Source: a virus
Taxonomy: Duplodnaviria; Caudoviricetes
Length of the DNA stretch: 50,602 nt
Strand: one strand, 5' to 3'
IMG/VR virus record: IMGVR_UViG_3300048583_000524
Location: 1-50,602 of that record
Position numbers and translations under genes: made by a program. The notes beneath the pieces were generated by a model, which was not told the origin of the DNA, made no database searches, and saw nothing but the letters and a program-made list of their open reading frames with translations. Shown here piece after piece: positions 36,808 to 46,259 of the stretch. Each line of letters starts with the position of its first letter. The stretch's first letter is position 1.

Positions 36808-37389
36808 ATGCTTTGTGTACTTGTTCAACAATATAATCGCGCCTGCGGGCCGGTTTCCGGGGGCGTTAGTGATGTAGGGCTCTTTGATCCATCAGATTTT
36901 AATTTCACGCAAGCAGCCCCGGTAAGCGGGGTTGCTCAGCCCTATTCTGCAATCGCACTGCGTGCCGGTGCAACGGCAGAAGATGGAGCCAAAATTTACC
37001 CGGTTCATTTCAATGACAATGAAGCGGAATACACGCCCCAAAGGCAGAATGTTGGTGCATCGGTAAAATATACCCATGGTATTACTACCCAGTTGCCCGA
37101 TATCAGCCAATTGCTTACAACATTCCTTCAGTCGCTTGATGCAGCGAGCGTATGCTGCGGTATTGGTGTAGTGTTCCGGTTAAATACTGGCCGCATCTTC
37201 GTAATGGGCGAAAAGTTTGTCAATGCTAATGCCATTCCAAGATTCAAAGTAAAACTTGGTGATTTTGATGGTACCAGCGGTAAACTATTTGAAGACTTCA
37301 ACGGAATGAACGTTGCCTTTTCCGGTGACTATAGCCGTCCGCTTTACGAGTTCACAGGCGGTTGGGATGCTATTGAGGCAATGATGTAA
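36808..37389 (+). CDS. Putative major tail (tube) protein
   Basis: 193 aa; GGVSDV...SGKLFEDFNG pattern typical of Bacteroidota siphovirus tube proteins. Confidence 0.55.
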   Translation: MLCVLVQQYNRACGPVSGGVSDVGLFDPSDFNFTQAAPVSGVAQPYSAIALRAGATAEDGAKIYPVHFNDNEAEYTPQRQNVGASVKYTHGITTQLPDISQLLTTFLQSLDAASVCCGIGVVFRLNTGRIFVMGEKFVNANAIPRFKVKLGDFDGTSGKLFEDFNGMNVAFSGDYSRPLYEFTGGWDAIEAMM

Positions 37390-37420
37390 TTCAGTTTTTT
37401 AATCAAATTTTTTCTTCCCT

Positions 37421-37669
37421 ATGGCAGGTGCCAAAATAAAAGAAGAATTCCTGGGCGTTGTCATTGGTTTCAATGGCAGCGCCCAGCCTCTTGGTAAACG
37501 AGATGATATTGATGTGTTGGCTATCATAGCACAACAAAGCCAGGACCCTTCCTTACTGAAGCTCTTTGAAGAAAATCTTCCCGATGCAGATGTATTGATT
37601 AAGGAAAAAGTTGATGCGGAAATTAAGGCTCGAAAAAGCCGGAAGGCATTAAAGCAAAAAGCGGAATAA
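37421..37669 (+). CDS. Hypothetical protein
   Basis: 82 aa in head operon. Confidence 0.7.
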   Translation: MAGAKIKEEFLGVVIGFNGSAQPLGKRDDIDVLAIIAQQSQDPSLLKLFEENLPDADVLIKEKVDAEIKARKSRKALKQKAE

Positions 37670-37672
37670 AAA

Positions 37673-39064
37673 ATGACTGCAGGTCAACCAAAACATAATC
37701 AGAGAAACAATCCAAGAAAAAAAACTCGTGCCCATGTGGCTAACGAGGTGAAACTGGATGTGAAAAATCCGATTCCGTTTGAAAACCCGCAGACGTTTTC
37801 TTCCATTTCCCAACACAGGTACATCCCGTTTCTTTATCCTGATGATACCTATGCACAGCAGCTGCTTGAAGCAAGGTTAATATCTGTTACCAATAATGCT
37901 TGCATTAATACGAAAACTGATTATTGCGCCGGCCTGGGTTTTGAAGATAAAGACGGCAGAGATTTGGATCAAAAAATTATTGATTGGCTCGGGCAAATGA
38001 ACCGCAAGGCAGATAAGGCGCTTTCACTTAATAAAAAAGCTTTTGCCGGGATATTTACGTGGGGTAATCAACCAATTGAGGTAGTAAGATTCAAAGCCGG
38101 CGGTACGCCTTATTTCTATGTGTATGTTCACAACCTTTTGGAGTGGCGCTTGTGCGCTGAAAATAGTGATGGAGATGTAACACACGCTATTCGCAGTAAA
38201 TTATTTCGTAGGCAGGGAATTGCGACATCCGAGCAGCTAAAAGAAATTAAGCCAATTCCACTTTATCGCAGGAATGCAAAAGAATCAGATAATTGGCTGA
38301 AGGATGGTGATGTAGAACGTACCATGATCTGGTATTCAAATCAAGTAACTGGTTTTGATCATTATGGCTTGCCTTCAAACGTAGCAAGTATGATTTACCA
38401 ACTGCTGGAATACAAAGGTGCCAGGTATAATCTTGACAACTTCGATAATAATATGGTGCTTGGTGGCCTGCTTGCGTTGAAAGGTCAGCTTGGACAAATT
38501 GAAGCTAATAGGATAGCTAAGCAGGTTGTCTCTACCCATACCGGTGATGGAAAACGTGGCCGGGTTGCGGTTGTGGCTAGTGAAGAAGGTATTGATGGCA
38601 GTTCCTTTCATTCTTTCGATACTACTAAGGATGGAAGCTTTACAACTGCAGATGAAAAATGGATGCAAAAAATTATCCTGGCAAATGAGTGGGATGCTGT
38701 ATTAGCCGGTTTGATATCACCATCCACCATGGGTAAAGGATCTGGGTTCATCACTAAAATTCTTGAGCTAAAATTAAATACCGTTATACGTCCTGCACAA
38801 GAAGATATCATGCAAAATGTTTGGAATGACATTTTTGCTGAATGCCAAAAATGGACAAAGCTTCCTTTCGACAAATTTAATATCGGCATCAAAAACAGTA
38901 TTGATATAAGTGGCCTTACAGATGTAGATATTACTCCTGCAGTACAGGTAAATGAAGTAAGGCAAGCAAAGGGCCTTCCAGCAGATGATAAAATGGAAGG
39001 GGTTTATATGAATAGCGCAAAAGCCAAACAGGAAAAAGAAGGAGGTGAAGATGTACAACCTTAA
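37673..39064 (+). CDS. Portal protein
   Basis: 463 aa; HYGLP, FDNNMVLGG, IRPAQE, VNEVRQAKGLP portal motifs. Confidence 0.88.
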   Translation: MTAGQPKHNQRNNPRKKTRAHVANEVKLDVKNPIPFENPQTFSSISQHRYIPFLYPDDTYAQQLLEARLISVTNNACINTKTDYCAGLGFEDKDGRDLDQKIIDWLGQMNRKADKALSLNKKAFAGIFTWGNQPIEVVRFKAGGTPYFYVYVHNLLEWRLCAENSDGDVTHAIRSKLFRRQGIATSEQLKEIKPIPLYRRNAKESDNWLKDGDVERTMIWYSNQVTGFDHYGLPSNVASMIYQLLEYKGARYNLDNFDNNMVLGGLLALKGQLGQIEANRIAKQVVSTHTGDGKRGRVAVVASEEGIDGSSFHSFDTTKDGSFTTADEKWMQKIILANEWDAVLAGLISPSTMGKGSGFITKILELKLNTVIRPAQEDIMQNVWNDIFAECQKWTKLPFDKFNIGIKNSIDISGLTDVDITPAVQVNEVRQAKGLPADDKMEGVYMNSAKAKQEKEGGEDVQP

Positions 39065-39716
39065 TAACCTGATGCGTCCTGTGCTTATAACGGCACCTGA
39101 AGTTGTTTTCCATGCACCTACGAAGCATACGCTCGATGTTAGGACAATTGAGCAAAGCATTATTGTAGCTGAAGAAAGATTGATTCGTCCGGTACTGGGT
39201 TATGACTTTTATGAAGCATTAGTCGCACAAAAGAATGTTGATATCATATCTGATAATATTTCATCCATTCAAACATTAGCTGGTAGCGATCCGATTTTCC
39301 AGGCAGGAGATATTGCTAATGCATTTGAGCGCCTTTCTGTAGCTAACCAAAAGCTTTGGAAAATGCATCTGTGGAAATTGGTTGCGGAGTGTGTGGTTAT
39401 GCTTGCAACGCCTGAAGGGTTTGTTCAGTTTTCAAGTGAAGGCATTGTGCATACAAACCCAACGGCCGGGCCACTCACAAGTGGTAATACAATTACTCCC
39501 GGGCTGCAGTCTGTAAAATGGGCAATGGATAAAAAGATGATGGACCGCATCGATCCGCTTACTGAAGCTATGCATCAATGGATCTGTCGTAACAAAGCTG
39601 ATTATCCGCTTTACGAACGTGAATGCGATTGTGATGCAAAGGGAATTGCTTACAAAAGAAAAACAGATATGATTTTGGGAATTTATGATGATGATGAAAA
39701 TGATTGTTCATGTTAA
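39045..39716 (+). CDS. Putative head-tail connector (DUF6712-like)
   Basis: LITAPEV...IRPVLGYDFYEAL; directly after portal. Confidence 0.6.
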   Translation: MKMYNLNNLMRPVLITAPEVVFHAPTKHTLDVRTIEQSIIVAEERLIRPVLGYDFYEALVAQKNVDIISDNISSIQTLAGSDPIFQAGDIANAFERLSVANQKLWKMHLWKLVAECVVMLATPEGFVQFSSEGIVHTNPTAGPLTSGNTITPGLQSVKWAMDKKMMDRIDPLTEAMHQWICRNKADYPLYERECDCDAKGIAYKRKTDMILGIYDDDENDCSC

Positions 39717-39970
39717 AAAAACTCAATCACATATTTATCGGTTGGGGCAAACGCCTTGGATGGTTACCAACAAGTTTAGCCGAAAATAAAATGGCTGAAT
39801 TACGGCTGGAAAAATGCAAGAATTGCCAGGAAAGTAAAACACACAAAGCTCTCCTAATAATTAATGGAAGCGCACACTACGAACAACAGATTTTTTGCAA
39901 AATATGCAGCTGCCCTTGCTTCCAAAAAGCAATTGTAGTGCTTGAAAATTGTCCACTAAAAAAATGGTAA
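39704..39970 (+). CDS. Small Cys-rich protein (DUF6171-like)
   Basis: RLEKCKNC...CKICSCPC..K......CPLKKW. Confidence 0.7.
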   Translation: MFMLKKLNHIFIGWGKRLGWLPTSLAENKMAELRLEKCKNCQESKTHKALLIINGSAHYEQQIFCKICSCPCFQKAIVVLENCPLKKW

Positions 39971-39973
39971 ACT

Positions 39974-40663
39974 ATGAGTTTAATTACTGATCATTTTGGA
40001 ACTTACTGCGTTTGTACACCTGAAAGTTCGGGCCTTCCGCAATTACCTGCGTCTGCTGATTTGGATGAAACGGCAACAACCCAAAACTCAATTACATGGG
40101 TATGGGATGCAATTGCCGGTGCAACGAATTATGTACTTGAATTTTCTACTAACGCTGGATTTACTAGCCCAACAGTAATTTACTCGGGTTCGCTTCTTAC
40201 ATATACAAGGGCCGGTCTTTCACCTGGTACTACATACTATGCAAGGGTTAAGGGTCAGGCTTCCGGATACACGGATAGCGCATGGATTACAGATAGTGCA
40301 GCAACAGTTGCGGCACCTACTACCGAAGTTGCATATTGGGGCTGGTTGGATGCGGATGCTCTTCCTAATGAAGCTGCTATCCTTGCTGGCCAGGGTACCG
40401 ATGACTTTCCTTTTGGTGCAACTATCGTTGCTGACTTTACGGCAAATACAGATCCTAAATATTTATGGATGGCAGAGCGGAGTACTGAGCCTACAAAAAC
40501 GGTTTGGTATGGCAGCGCATTAAACAACGGGGCCATTGGTGCATCTGAAACATTCGCAATAAAAGGCACATCAGCCAGCGGATCAGGGGCAAGCTGGAGA
40601 GTGTATATGTCCACCTTCCAAACGGAGCAAACGGATACTACTATTGAATTCCGCGTAATCTAA
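39974..40663 (+). CDS. Fibronectin type III domain virion protein
   Basis: SITWVWDAIAGATNYVLE...GLSPGTTYYARVKG. Confidence 0.8.
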   Translation: MSLITDHFGTYCVCTPESSGLPQLPASADLDETATTQNSITWVWDAIAGATNYVLEFSTNAGFTSPTVIYSGSLLTYTRAGLSPGTTYYARVKGQASGYTDSAWITDSAATVAAPTTEVAYWGWLDADALPNEAAILAGQGTDDFPFGATIVADFTANTDPKYLWMAERSTEPTKTVWYGSALNNGAIGASETFAIKGTSASGSGASWRVYMSTFQTEQTDTTIEFRVI

Positions 40664-40710
40664 TTTAATAAAAACGGGTGCGGGTAAAACCGCATCCAAA
40701 ATTTTCTAAT

Positions 40711-42021
40711 ATGCCAATTCAAATAAATGATGGATTCCAGCCAAATGCACCAAGGGCGATAGACTTGCGCTCCGGGAAAATTGCATTAGGCAAAACGGTG
40801 CCTTATGCAAGTGTAGCAGAAGCATTGGCAGCGATAAACGTGGCATATAGGCATGAGGGGTTAGAATTCTTAGTGAATGATGGCACCTTAAAAAAGTATC
40901 GTTTCACAAGTGATTATGCTGAAGACGGTGTGGAAGAAATAGGGAGTGGTGGTAATGTTGCCTGGAGTGATATAACAGGTAAGCCATCTACTTTTTCACC
41001 TTCAGAGCATAGCCATTTTGATTTTGTATCACGACCTGCAGCAGAAGATAATGAATGGTATGCAGTCACCTATGGTAATGGATTATTTGTTGCAGTTTCA
41101 TTTACTGGTTCAAACAGGGTTATGACTAGCCCGGATGGTATAACCTGGACTTCAAGAACCGCAGCAGTTAATAATAATTGGCGGGCCGTCACATATGGTA
41201 ACGGGTTATTTGTTGCGGTCTCTTTTGATGGCTCAGAAAGGGTAATGACCAGTCCAGACGGTATAACCTGGACTTCAAGAACTGCAGCAGAAAACAATCT
41301 ATGGATTTCAGTCACCTATGGTAATGGATTATTTGTTGCAGTTTCATTTACTGGTTCAAACAGGGTTATGACTAGCCCGGATGGTATAACCTGGACTTCA
41401 AGAACCGCAGCAGAAAACAATGATTGGAGTGCTGTCACCTATGGTAATGGATTATTTGTCGCTGTTGCATCAAGCGGTTCAAACCTAGTTATGACTAGCC
41501 CGGATGGTATAACCTGGACTTCAAGAACTGCAGCAGAAAACAATGATTGGCGTGCTGTCACCTATGGTAATGGATTATTTGTTGCTGTTGCAGCATCTAC
41601 TGGGAATAAGATTATGACCAGTCCAAATGGTATAACCTGGACTTCAAGAACTACTCCAGAAATTACTGGGTCGAATACAATTACTTATGGCAATGGATTA
41701 TTTGTTGCAATTGCAGCTTCAGGCACAAATAGAGTAATTAGAAGCACCGATGGTATTACATGGGTATTAGCAACAGCGCCAGATAATGGTTGGCGTGCCG
41801 TCGCCTATGGTAACGGATTGTTTGTCGCCGTTGCTTCAAGCGGAACAAACAGAACAATTGCAACAGGATCCATGGGAACAGAAACATCAATATTATACTC
41901 TTTGACACCCGTTAATACAGCAGACGTTCGAGGCGAAATTAACGATATAAGGTATGATGATACCTATATCTACATTAAGACAAGTTCAGGATGGAAGCGA
42001 ACAGCCTTATCATCATTTTAA
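40711..42021 (+). CDS. Tail fibre/receptor-binding protein with 7-bladed beta-propeller
   Basis: WSDITGKPSTFSPSEHSH fibre motif; seven W..VTYGNGLFVAV...TSPDGITWT repeats; ATG at 40711. Confidence 0.8.
   Translation: MPIQINDGFQPNAPRAIDLRSGKIALGKTVPYASVAEALAAINVAYRHEGLEFLVNDGTLKKYRFTSDYAEDGVEEIGSGGNVAWSDITGKPSTFSPSEHSHFDFVSRPAAEDNEWYAVTYGNGLFVAVSFTGSNRVMTSPDGITWTSRTAAVNNNWRAVTYGNGLFVAVSFDGSERVMTSPDGITWTSRTAAENNLWISVTYGNGLFVAVSFTGSNRVMTSPDGITWTSRTAAENNDWSAVTYGNGLFVAVASSGSNLVMTSPDGITWTSRTAAENNDWRAVTYGNGLFVAVAASTGNKIMTSPNGITWTSRTTPEITGSNTITYGNGLFVAIAASGTNRVIRSTDGITWVLATAPDNGWRAVAYGNGLFVAVASSGTNRTIATGSMGTETSILYSLTPVNTADVRGEINDIRYDDTYIYIKTSSGWKRTALSSF
41029..41870 (+). repeat. Seven coding tandem repeats of about 123 nt (41 aa)
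   Basis: Units 1 and 3 share 105 identical nt (41063-41167 vs 41309-41413). Confidence 0.95.
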
Positions 42022-42046
42022 ATTTTAAAATTCCATTTATTTAAAA

Positions 42047-42487
42047 ATGAGAGAATACTTTATAAGCATACTTCAGGGAATTATTTATCCGGATGCAAGA
42101 TTGATGGTTGTTCTGCTTGCATTCATTTTTATAGATCTGCTAACTGGTATAAGAAAAAGCAAGAAAAAAGGAATTACAACGAAAAGTGCTGGTCTTAGAA
42201 TGACGATAGATAAAGCAACTTCATACTTCAGCTTCCTTCTCTGTGTTTTTTTACTTGCTAATATTTCAAAGCCTGGTACAGATAGCCATTTTGCTGAAGT
42301 GATACTTGATAACAGTTTGAATGCACTTTTCCTTGCAAGCATCTACATTGAATTTAAAAGCATTCTGGAAAATATTATGGAAGCTAATCCGGATAGTGAC
42401 CTTGTGAAATATGTGATAAGGCCGCTCCATAACATTATAATTCTAAAGTTTAAAACCCTTCCTTTTCAGGACGTTAAAAAGGATTAA
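42047..42487 (+). CDS. Holin (phage holin 4 family-like)
   Basis: IDLLTGIRKS...SAGLRMTIDK...EFKSILEN; three TM segments. Confidence 0.85.
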   Translation: MREYFISILQGIIYPDARLMVVLLAFIFIDLLTGIRKSKKKGITTKSAGLRMTIDKATSYFSFLLCVFLLANISKPGTDSHFAEVILDNSLNALFLASIYIEFKSILENIMEANPDSDLVKYVIRPLHNIIILKFKTLPFQDVKKD

Positions 42488-42504
42488 TTTCTATAAATAA
42501 TTTT

Positions 42505-43017
42505 ATGAAATACAACAGCCCGGTATATAAAATATTCGGAATTTTTATTGTAGCGCTCATACTTCTTTTTATGGCTATTGGGCTTGTAGGGTGTTCCTTT
42601 ATGCGCGAGATGGAAAAAAAAGATGATGAAACCAAATCGCTTACAAAATCGGATAGCAGCTACTTAAAAAAGGATAATAAAAGCTCTTTAACTGTTGATG
42701 AATGGACCAAAATAACAGAGCGCTTTGGAACACAACCACCACCCGTAATTCAAGGTGGCGATACCAATATCACCAATACTATTTATCAGCCAATATTGGA
42801 GCGCATCATCGAGCGTGGATCCCGGCAAGCTGCTACTCAATCATCATCAACTGATAGCGGCACACTCAATCGCTTAAATGCCATCGAGAAACTACTCACT
42901 ACCAAAACAGTTGATACCGAAACACAGGTATTAAACATCTGGCACATGATAGGAATAGCAGCTATTGTTGCCGTTGTAATGATTTTGCTTTCTAAACTTA
43001 AAATTGGGCTAAGATGA
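42505..43017 (+). CDS. Putative unimolecular spanin
   Basis: N-terminal lipobox LVG-C30 and C-terminal TM helix; between holin and endolysin. Confidence 0.7.
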   Translation: MKYNSPVYKIFGIFIVALILLFMAIGLVGCSFMREMEKKDDETKSLTKSDSSYLKKDNKSSLTVDEWTKITERFGTQPPPVIQGGDTNITNTIYQPILERIIERGSRQAATQSSSTDSGTLNRLNAIEKLLTTKTVDTETQVLNIWHMIGIAAIVAVVMILLSKLKIGLR

Positions 43018-43424
43018 GAGAGATAAAACACATCGTTGTTCATTGTACGGCCACACCACAAACTACAACAGTAGCAAGCATCCAAAACTATTGGCGTAGT
43101 ACATTAAAATGGAAAAGCCCCGGTTATCACATCATTGTTCATGCTGATGGAACGCTTACCCGTTTACAGCCAAATGAAAAACCAACCAATGGTGTAGCCG
43201 GTCATAATGCCAATTCTCTACATGTAAGTTATATCGGCGGTATCGATAAAGAAGGCAAACCAAAGGATACACGCACGCTCAATCAAAAGCAAAGCCTTTT
43301 GGCAGTTATAACTGTTTGGAAGCGCCTTTTTCCCAATGCCATTGTGCAAGGCCACAGAGATTTCCCTGGTGTATCAAAAGCATGCCCATCATTCGATGCA
43401 AAAAAAGAATATAAAAATATTTAA
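43014..43424 (+). CDS. Endolysin, N-acetylmuramoyl-L-alanine amidase (Amidase_2, T7 lysozyme-like)
   Basis: IVVHCTAT, GYH, GHNANS, GHRDF, KACPSF. Confidence 0.95.
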   Translation: MREIKHIVVHCTATPQTTTVASIQNYWRSTLKWKSPGYHIIVHADGTLTRLQPNEKPTNGVAGHNANSLHVSYIGGIDKEGKPKDTRTLNQKQSLLAVITVWKRLFPNAIVQGHRDFPGVSKACPSFDAKKEYKNI

Positions 43425-43445
43425 TAATAAAAAAACTTTATAATC

Positions 43446-43919
43446 ATGGGATACACATTCACAAAATCGGGCAATGTAACAGCCGTTGATGGACCCGGTG
43501 TCAAAATCAAAACCAAGGCAAGATGCTTATTGTCTTATGACGAAATGTCTCAAAGAATTAGTATCACGTTTGGTGATTCCGATTATCGGACTACTATTAA
43601 TATTCCAGTAAGTGAAATTGATTCAATCAATTCCGTTGCACCGGATTCGGATATTGAAATCCTGCTAAACCAGGTTATAAGGGTATTGCCCGATCAGGAC
43701 AACTCAGCTGCATCTGCAGCGGCTATAACTCCTAGTAATGAAGATGATATTGCTGCCACACGCGGTGTATATGTAGGCGGTACCGGTACCGTGGTGGCCA
43801 TTATAAATGGTGCCGCTGTAACCTTTACGAATGCAGCGGCAGGAAGTGTATTGCCCATTCAAACCACGCGTATAAATGCAACCGGTACAACTGCAACGGG
43901 ACTAATTGCACTTTATTAA
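43446..43919 (+). CDS. Head-spike base-like protein (RcGTA Rcc01079-like C-terminal domain)
   Basis: AAAITPSNEDDIAATRGVYVGGTG...VTFTNAAAGSVLPIQTTRINATGTTATGLIALY. Confidence 0.75.
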   Translation: MGYTFTKSGNVTAVDGPGVKIKTKARCLLSYDEMSQRISITFGDSDYRTTINIPVSEIDSINSVAPDSDIEILLNQVIRVLPDQDNSAASAAAITPSNEDDIAATRGVYVGGTGTVVAIINGAAVTFTNAAAGSVLPIQTTRINATGTTATGLIALY

Positions 43920-43928
43920 AAACAGTTT

Positions 43929-46259
43929 ATGATAGGCATTGGTATTTCATTACATCTTCAAAAAATAGGAGTAAGCACGCCACCGGTAAATACCGTGCTG
44001 CCTGGTATATCAGGTACACCGACTAATGGTTCAGTATTAACGGTTATCCCTGGTACCTACACAGGATCACCTTCGGCACCAACATATCAATGGTATGCGA
44101 ATGGTGTTGCGATAGTCGGGGCTACCAATACAACGTTTACAGTAGGGATAAATCAGCTTGAAAAGGTAATTACTGTTGTGGAAAATGTTGGCAGTGGCGT
44201 TAGTGCTACATCATTACCGACAGTATCGGTATATTATACTTTTACACATTCAGAAGCATCAACGTTCGTAGCTTCACAATCTCCCATACCGGAGATAAAT
44301 AAATACTACTATGATGATTTTGTTAGCAAGCTTAAAACCGGAGTAATAACGGGCTTGACAAAATTTGATTACTTTTATCTATTGACAAGCATTGACAGGC
44401 CAAGTAGTTTAAAAAATATAATTAACCCGGCGGGATTTAGTGCTGCTTTAATAGAAACCACGCCAAACACTTTAGGCTTTACACCTTGGGGTGGATATAG
44501 TGGTTTTAGCGCTGACGGATATTTAGGAGCAGGTAGGACTCCCGTGCAATTGGTTAAATACACTCAGAACGATGCCCACTTTGGAGTCTACGTTGGAGAG
44601 AGTTTAGGTAGTAGTTCAGGATTAGTCGGTGCTGAAACAAACCAAAACATGCAGCTTAGGGGTAGTGATGGAACTAACGGAACATGCCGTATAAATGGCC
44701 CAACTATTACTTTTGCGAATGTTACAAGTGCAGGTGGGTATATTATCAACCGTACAACAAATGCTAATGTTCAGATATATAGAAATGGTAATCCAGGTCC
44801 AACTTTTACAAATAATACAAGTACGACAAAACATAGCCAACCAATATTATTTGGGAGGCAGACATCTGCATATTGTGCATCGCCTATTTTAGCGGAACAC
44901 GGTGGAGCATCATTAAATGCTACTGAAGCAGCTAACGTGAATAATGCTATTGTAGAACTTTATCAAAATTTGGGTATTCTCCCAGGTGTAAATGCTGCAA
45001 AATTAGTACAAGCTAAATTCCCTGCCGATATAAACGGAAGAAGTTATCGTGACGCATCAATGGTAACTACTTTAATAGGAGGTGTAGAGTACCAAGTTCA
45101 AGCGTATTGGAATATTGACGCATACGCAATTATTCAGTACAGAACACGCACGGATGCTAATCTACCATTTGGAACATGGACAAGTTTTATATATGATGGT
45201 ACGGATGGGTTACCTGTTATACAGCAAAATGAAATTGTCAACGACCATAAAAATTTGAATGTGGGATTTGACCGTGACGGTTATGTGCATTTGGCATATA
45301 ACAATCATAACAATCCACTTGTTTATCGTAGAGCATCACAGCCTATTACAAGCTGGACAGGTGCAGTCGATGCTCTTACCAATCCGTTCCCTGGAGCATC
45401 AATTACTTCATATACAAAATTCTTTAACGACCCATCAGGCAAACTGTATTTAATCTACCGTAATGGTGGAGCTACTGCTGGTGGCATAGCTATGTCTCAG
45501 TATAGTGAAACAACTGGGTGGAGCGTTCCAAGTGGGTTGAATAGCAACGGGGAACTTTGCAATGAAACAATACTTACCAATGCGGGTGCATATCCGTATA
45601 GTGTAGGCTTCGACCCTGACTTCGGTTCAGGCGGTCACTTCCATTTCGCCTGGCATTGGAAAGTCGGGGGTGGTGGAAACCAGCAGATAGGCTATTTACG
45701 TTGGGATGGCACTAATTGGAAAAAGGCCGACAATTCACCACAAACAATGCCGGCAGCAATGCTTAATCAGGATACGGTGGAAAACAACACAGCGTATATG
45801 GGCCTTGGCGGTCAGAACTCATGTAAGAGCGACCATTTGGGCCGGCCACACATTGCATACATTATTAATGACCTTCCGCAAGCAGACCCCGCACGTAGAG
45901 CGAGAGTACGTCATGCTTACCACAACGGTACATCCTGGGTTAAAACAGATGTACTGATTAGTCCTGACATACTCGATTGCGGCGATCCTGAGAATGACTT
46001 CTGGCGGTGTCCTGATATTGCTATCAACCAAACCACAGGCAAAGTATATATCCTTTTAGCCTTGTTCGGCAGCAATGGGCTGCGTATGCTAAGTGGCCCG
46101 GCACCTTATACCACTTGGAGCACTACAGTTTTAGATACCACTAACATAGGCGAATGGTCACCAACCTTCGATGAATGGCAATGGCGTAATCATTTAAAGT
46201 TGTGGATACCTGTACAATCATCATTGCAATTAAAAATCATAGAACATACCCCCGCATGA
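43929..46259 (+). CDS. Head-spike/fibre protein: Ig-like, lectin-like and BNR-4 repeat propeller domains
   Basis: MIGIGISL N-terminus; PPVNTVLPGISG...YQWYANG Ig-like domain; HKNLNVGFDRDGYVHLAYNNHNNPLVYRRA...SYTKFF...LIYRNG. Confidence 0.7.
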   Translation: MIGIGISLHLQKIGVSTPPVNTVLPGISGTPTNGSVLTVIPGTYTGSPSAPTYQWYANGVAIVGATNTTFTVGINQLEKVITVVENVGSGVSATSLPTVSVYYTFTHSEASTFVASQSPIPEINKYYYDDFVSKLKTGVITGLTKFDYFYLLTSIDRPSSLKNIINPAGFSAALIETTPNTLGFTPWGGYSGFSADGYLGAGRTPVQLVKYTQNDAHFGVYVGESLGSSSGLVGAETNQNMQLRGSDGTNGTCRINGPTITFANVTSAGGYIINRTTNANVQIYRNGNPGPTFTNNTSTTKHSQPILFGRQTSAYCASPILAEHGGASLNATEAANVNNAIVELYQNLGILPGVNAAKLVQAKFPADINGRSYRDASMVTTLIGGVEYQVQAYWNIDAYAIIQYRTRTDANLPFGTWTSFIYDGTDGLPVIQQNEIVNDHKNLNVGFDRDGYVHLAYNNHNNPLVYRRASQPITSWTGAVDALTNPFPGASITSYTKFFNDPSGKLYLIYRNGGATAGGIAMSQYSETTGWSVPSGLNSNGELCNETILTNAGAYPYSVGFDPDFGSGGHFHFAWHWKVGGGGNQQIGYLRWDGTNWKKADNSPQTMPAAMLNQDTVENNTAYMGLGGQNSCKSDHLGRPHIAYIINDLPQADPARRARVRHAYHNGTSWVKTDVLISPDILDCGDPENDFWRCPDIAINQTTGKVYILLALFGSNGLRMLSGPAPYTTWSTTVLDTTNIGEWSPTFDEWQWRNHLKLWIPVQSSLQLKIIEHTPA

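Noticed and set aside
35255-37420. Recurrent AATCAAATTTT before head genes as an operator
   Set aside because: Compatible with ordinary A/T-rich Bacteroidota translation-initiation leaders; not palindromic
41029-41870. Fibre repeats as a CRISPR array or DGR template/variable pair
   Set aside because: They are in-frame coding repeats without unique spacers; differences are not adenine-specific and no reverse transcriptase is in the window
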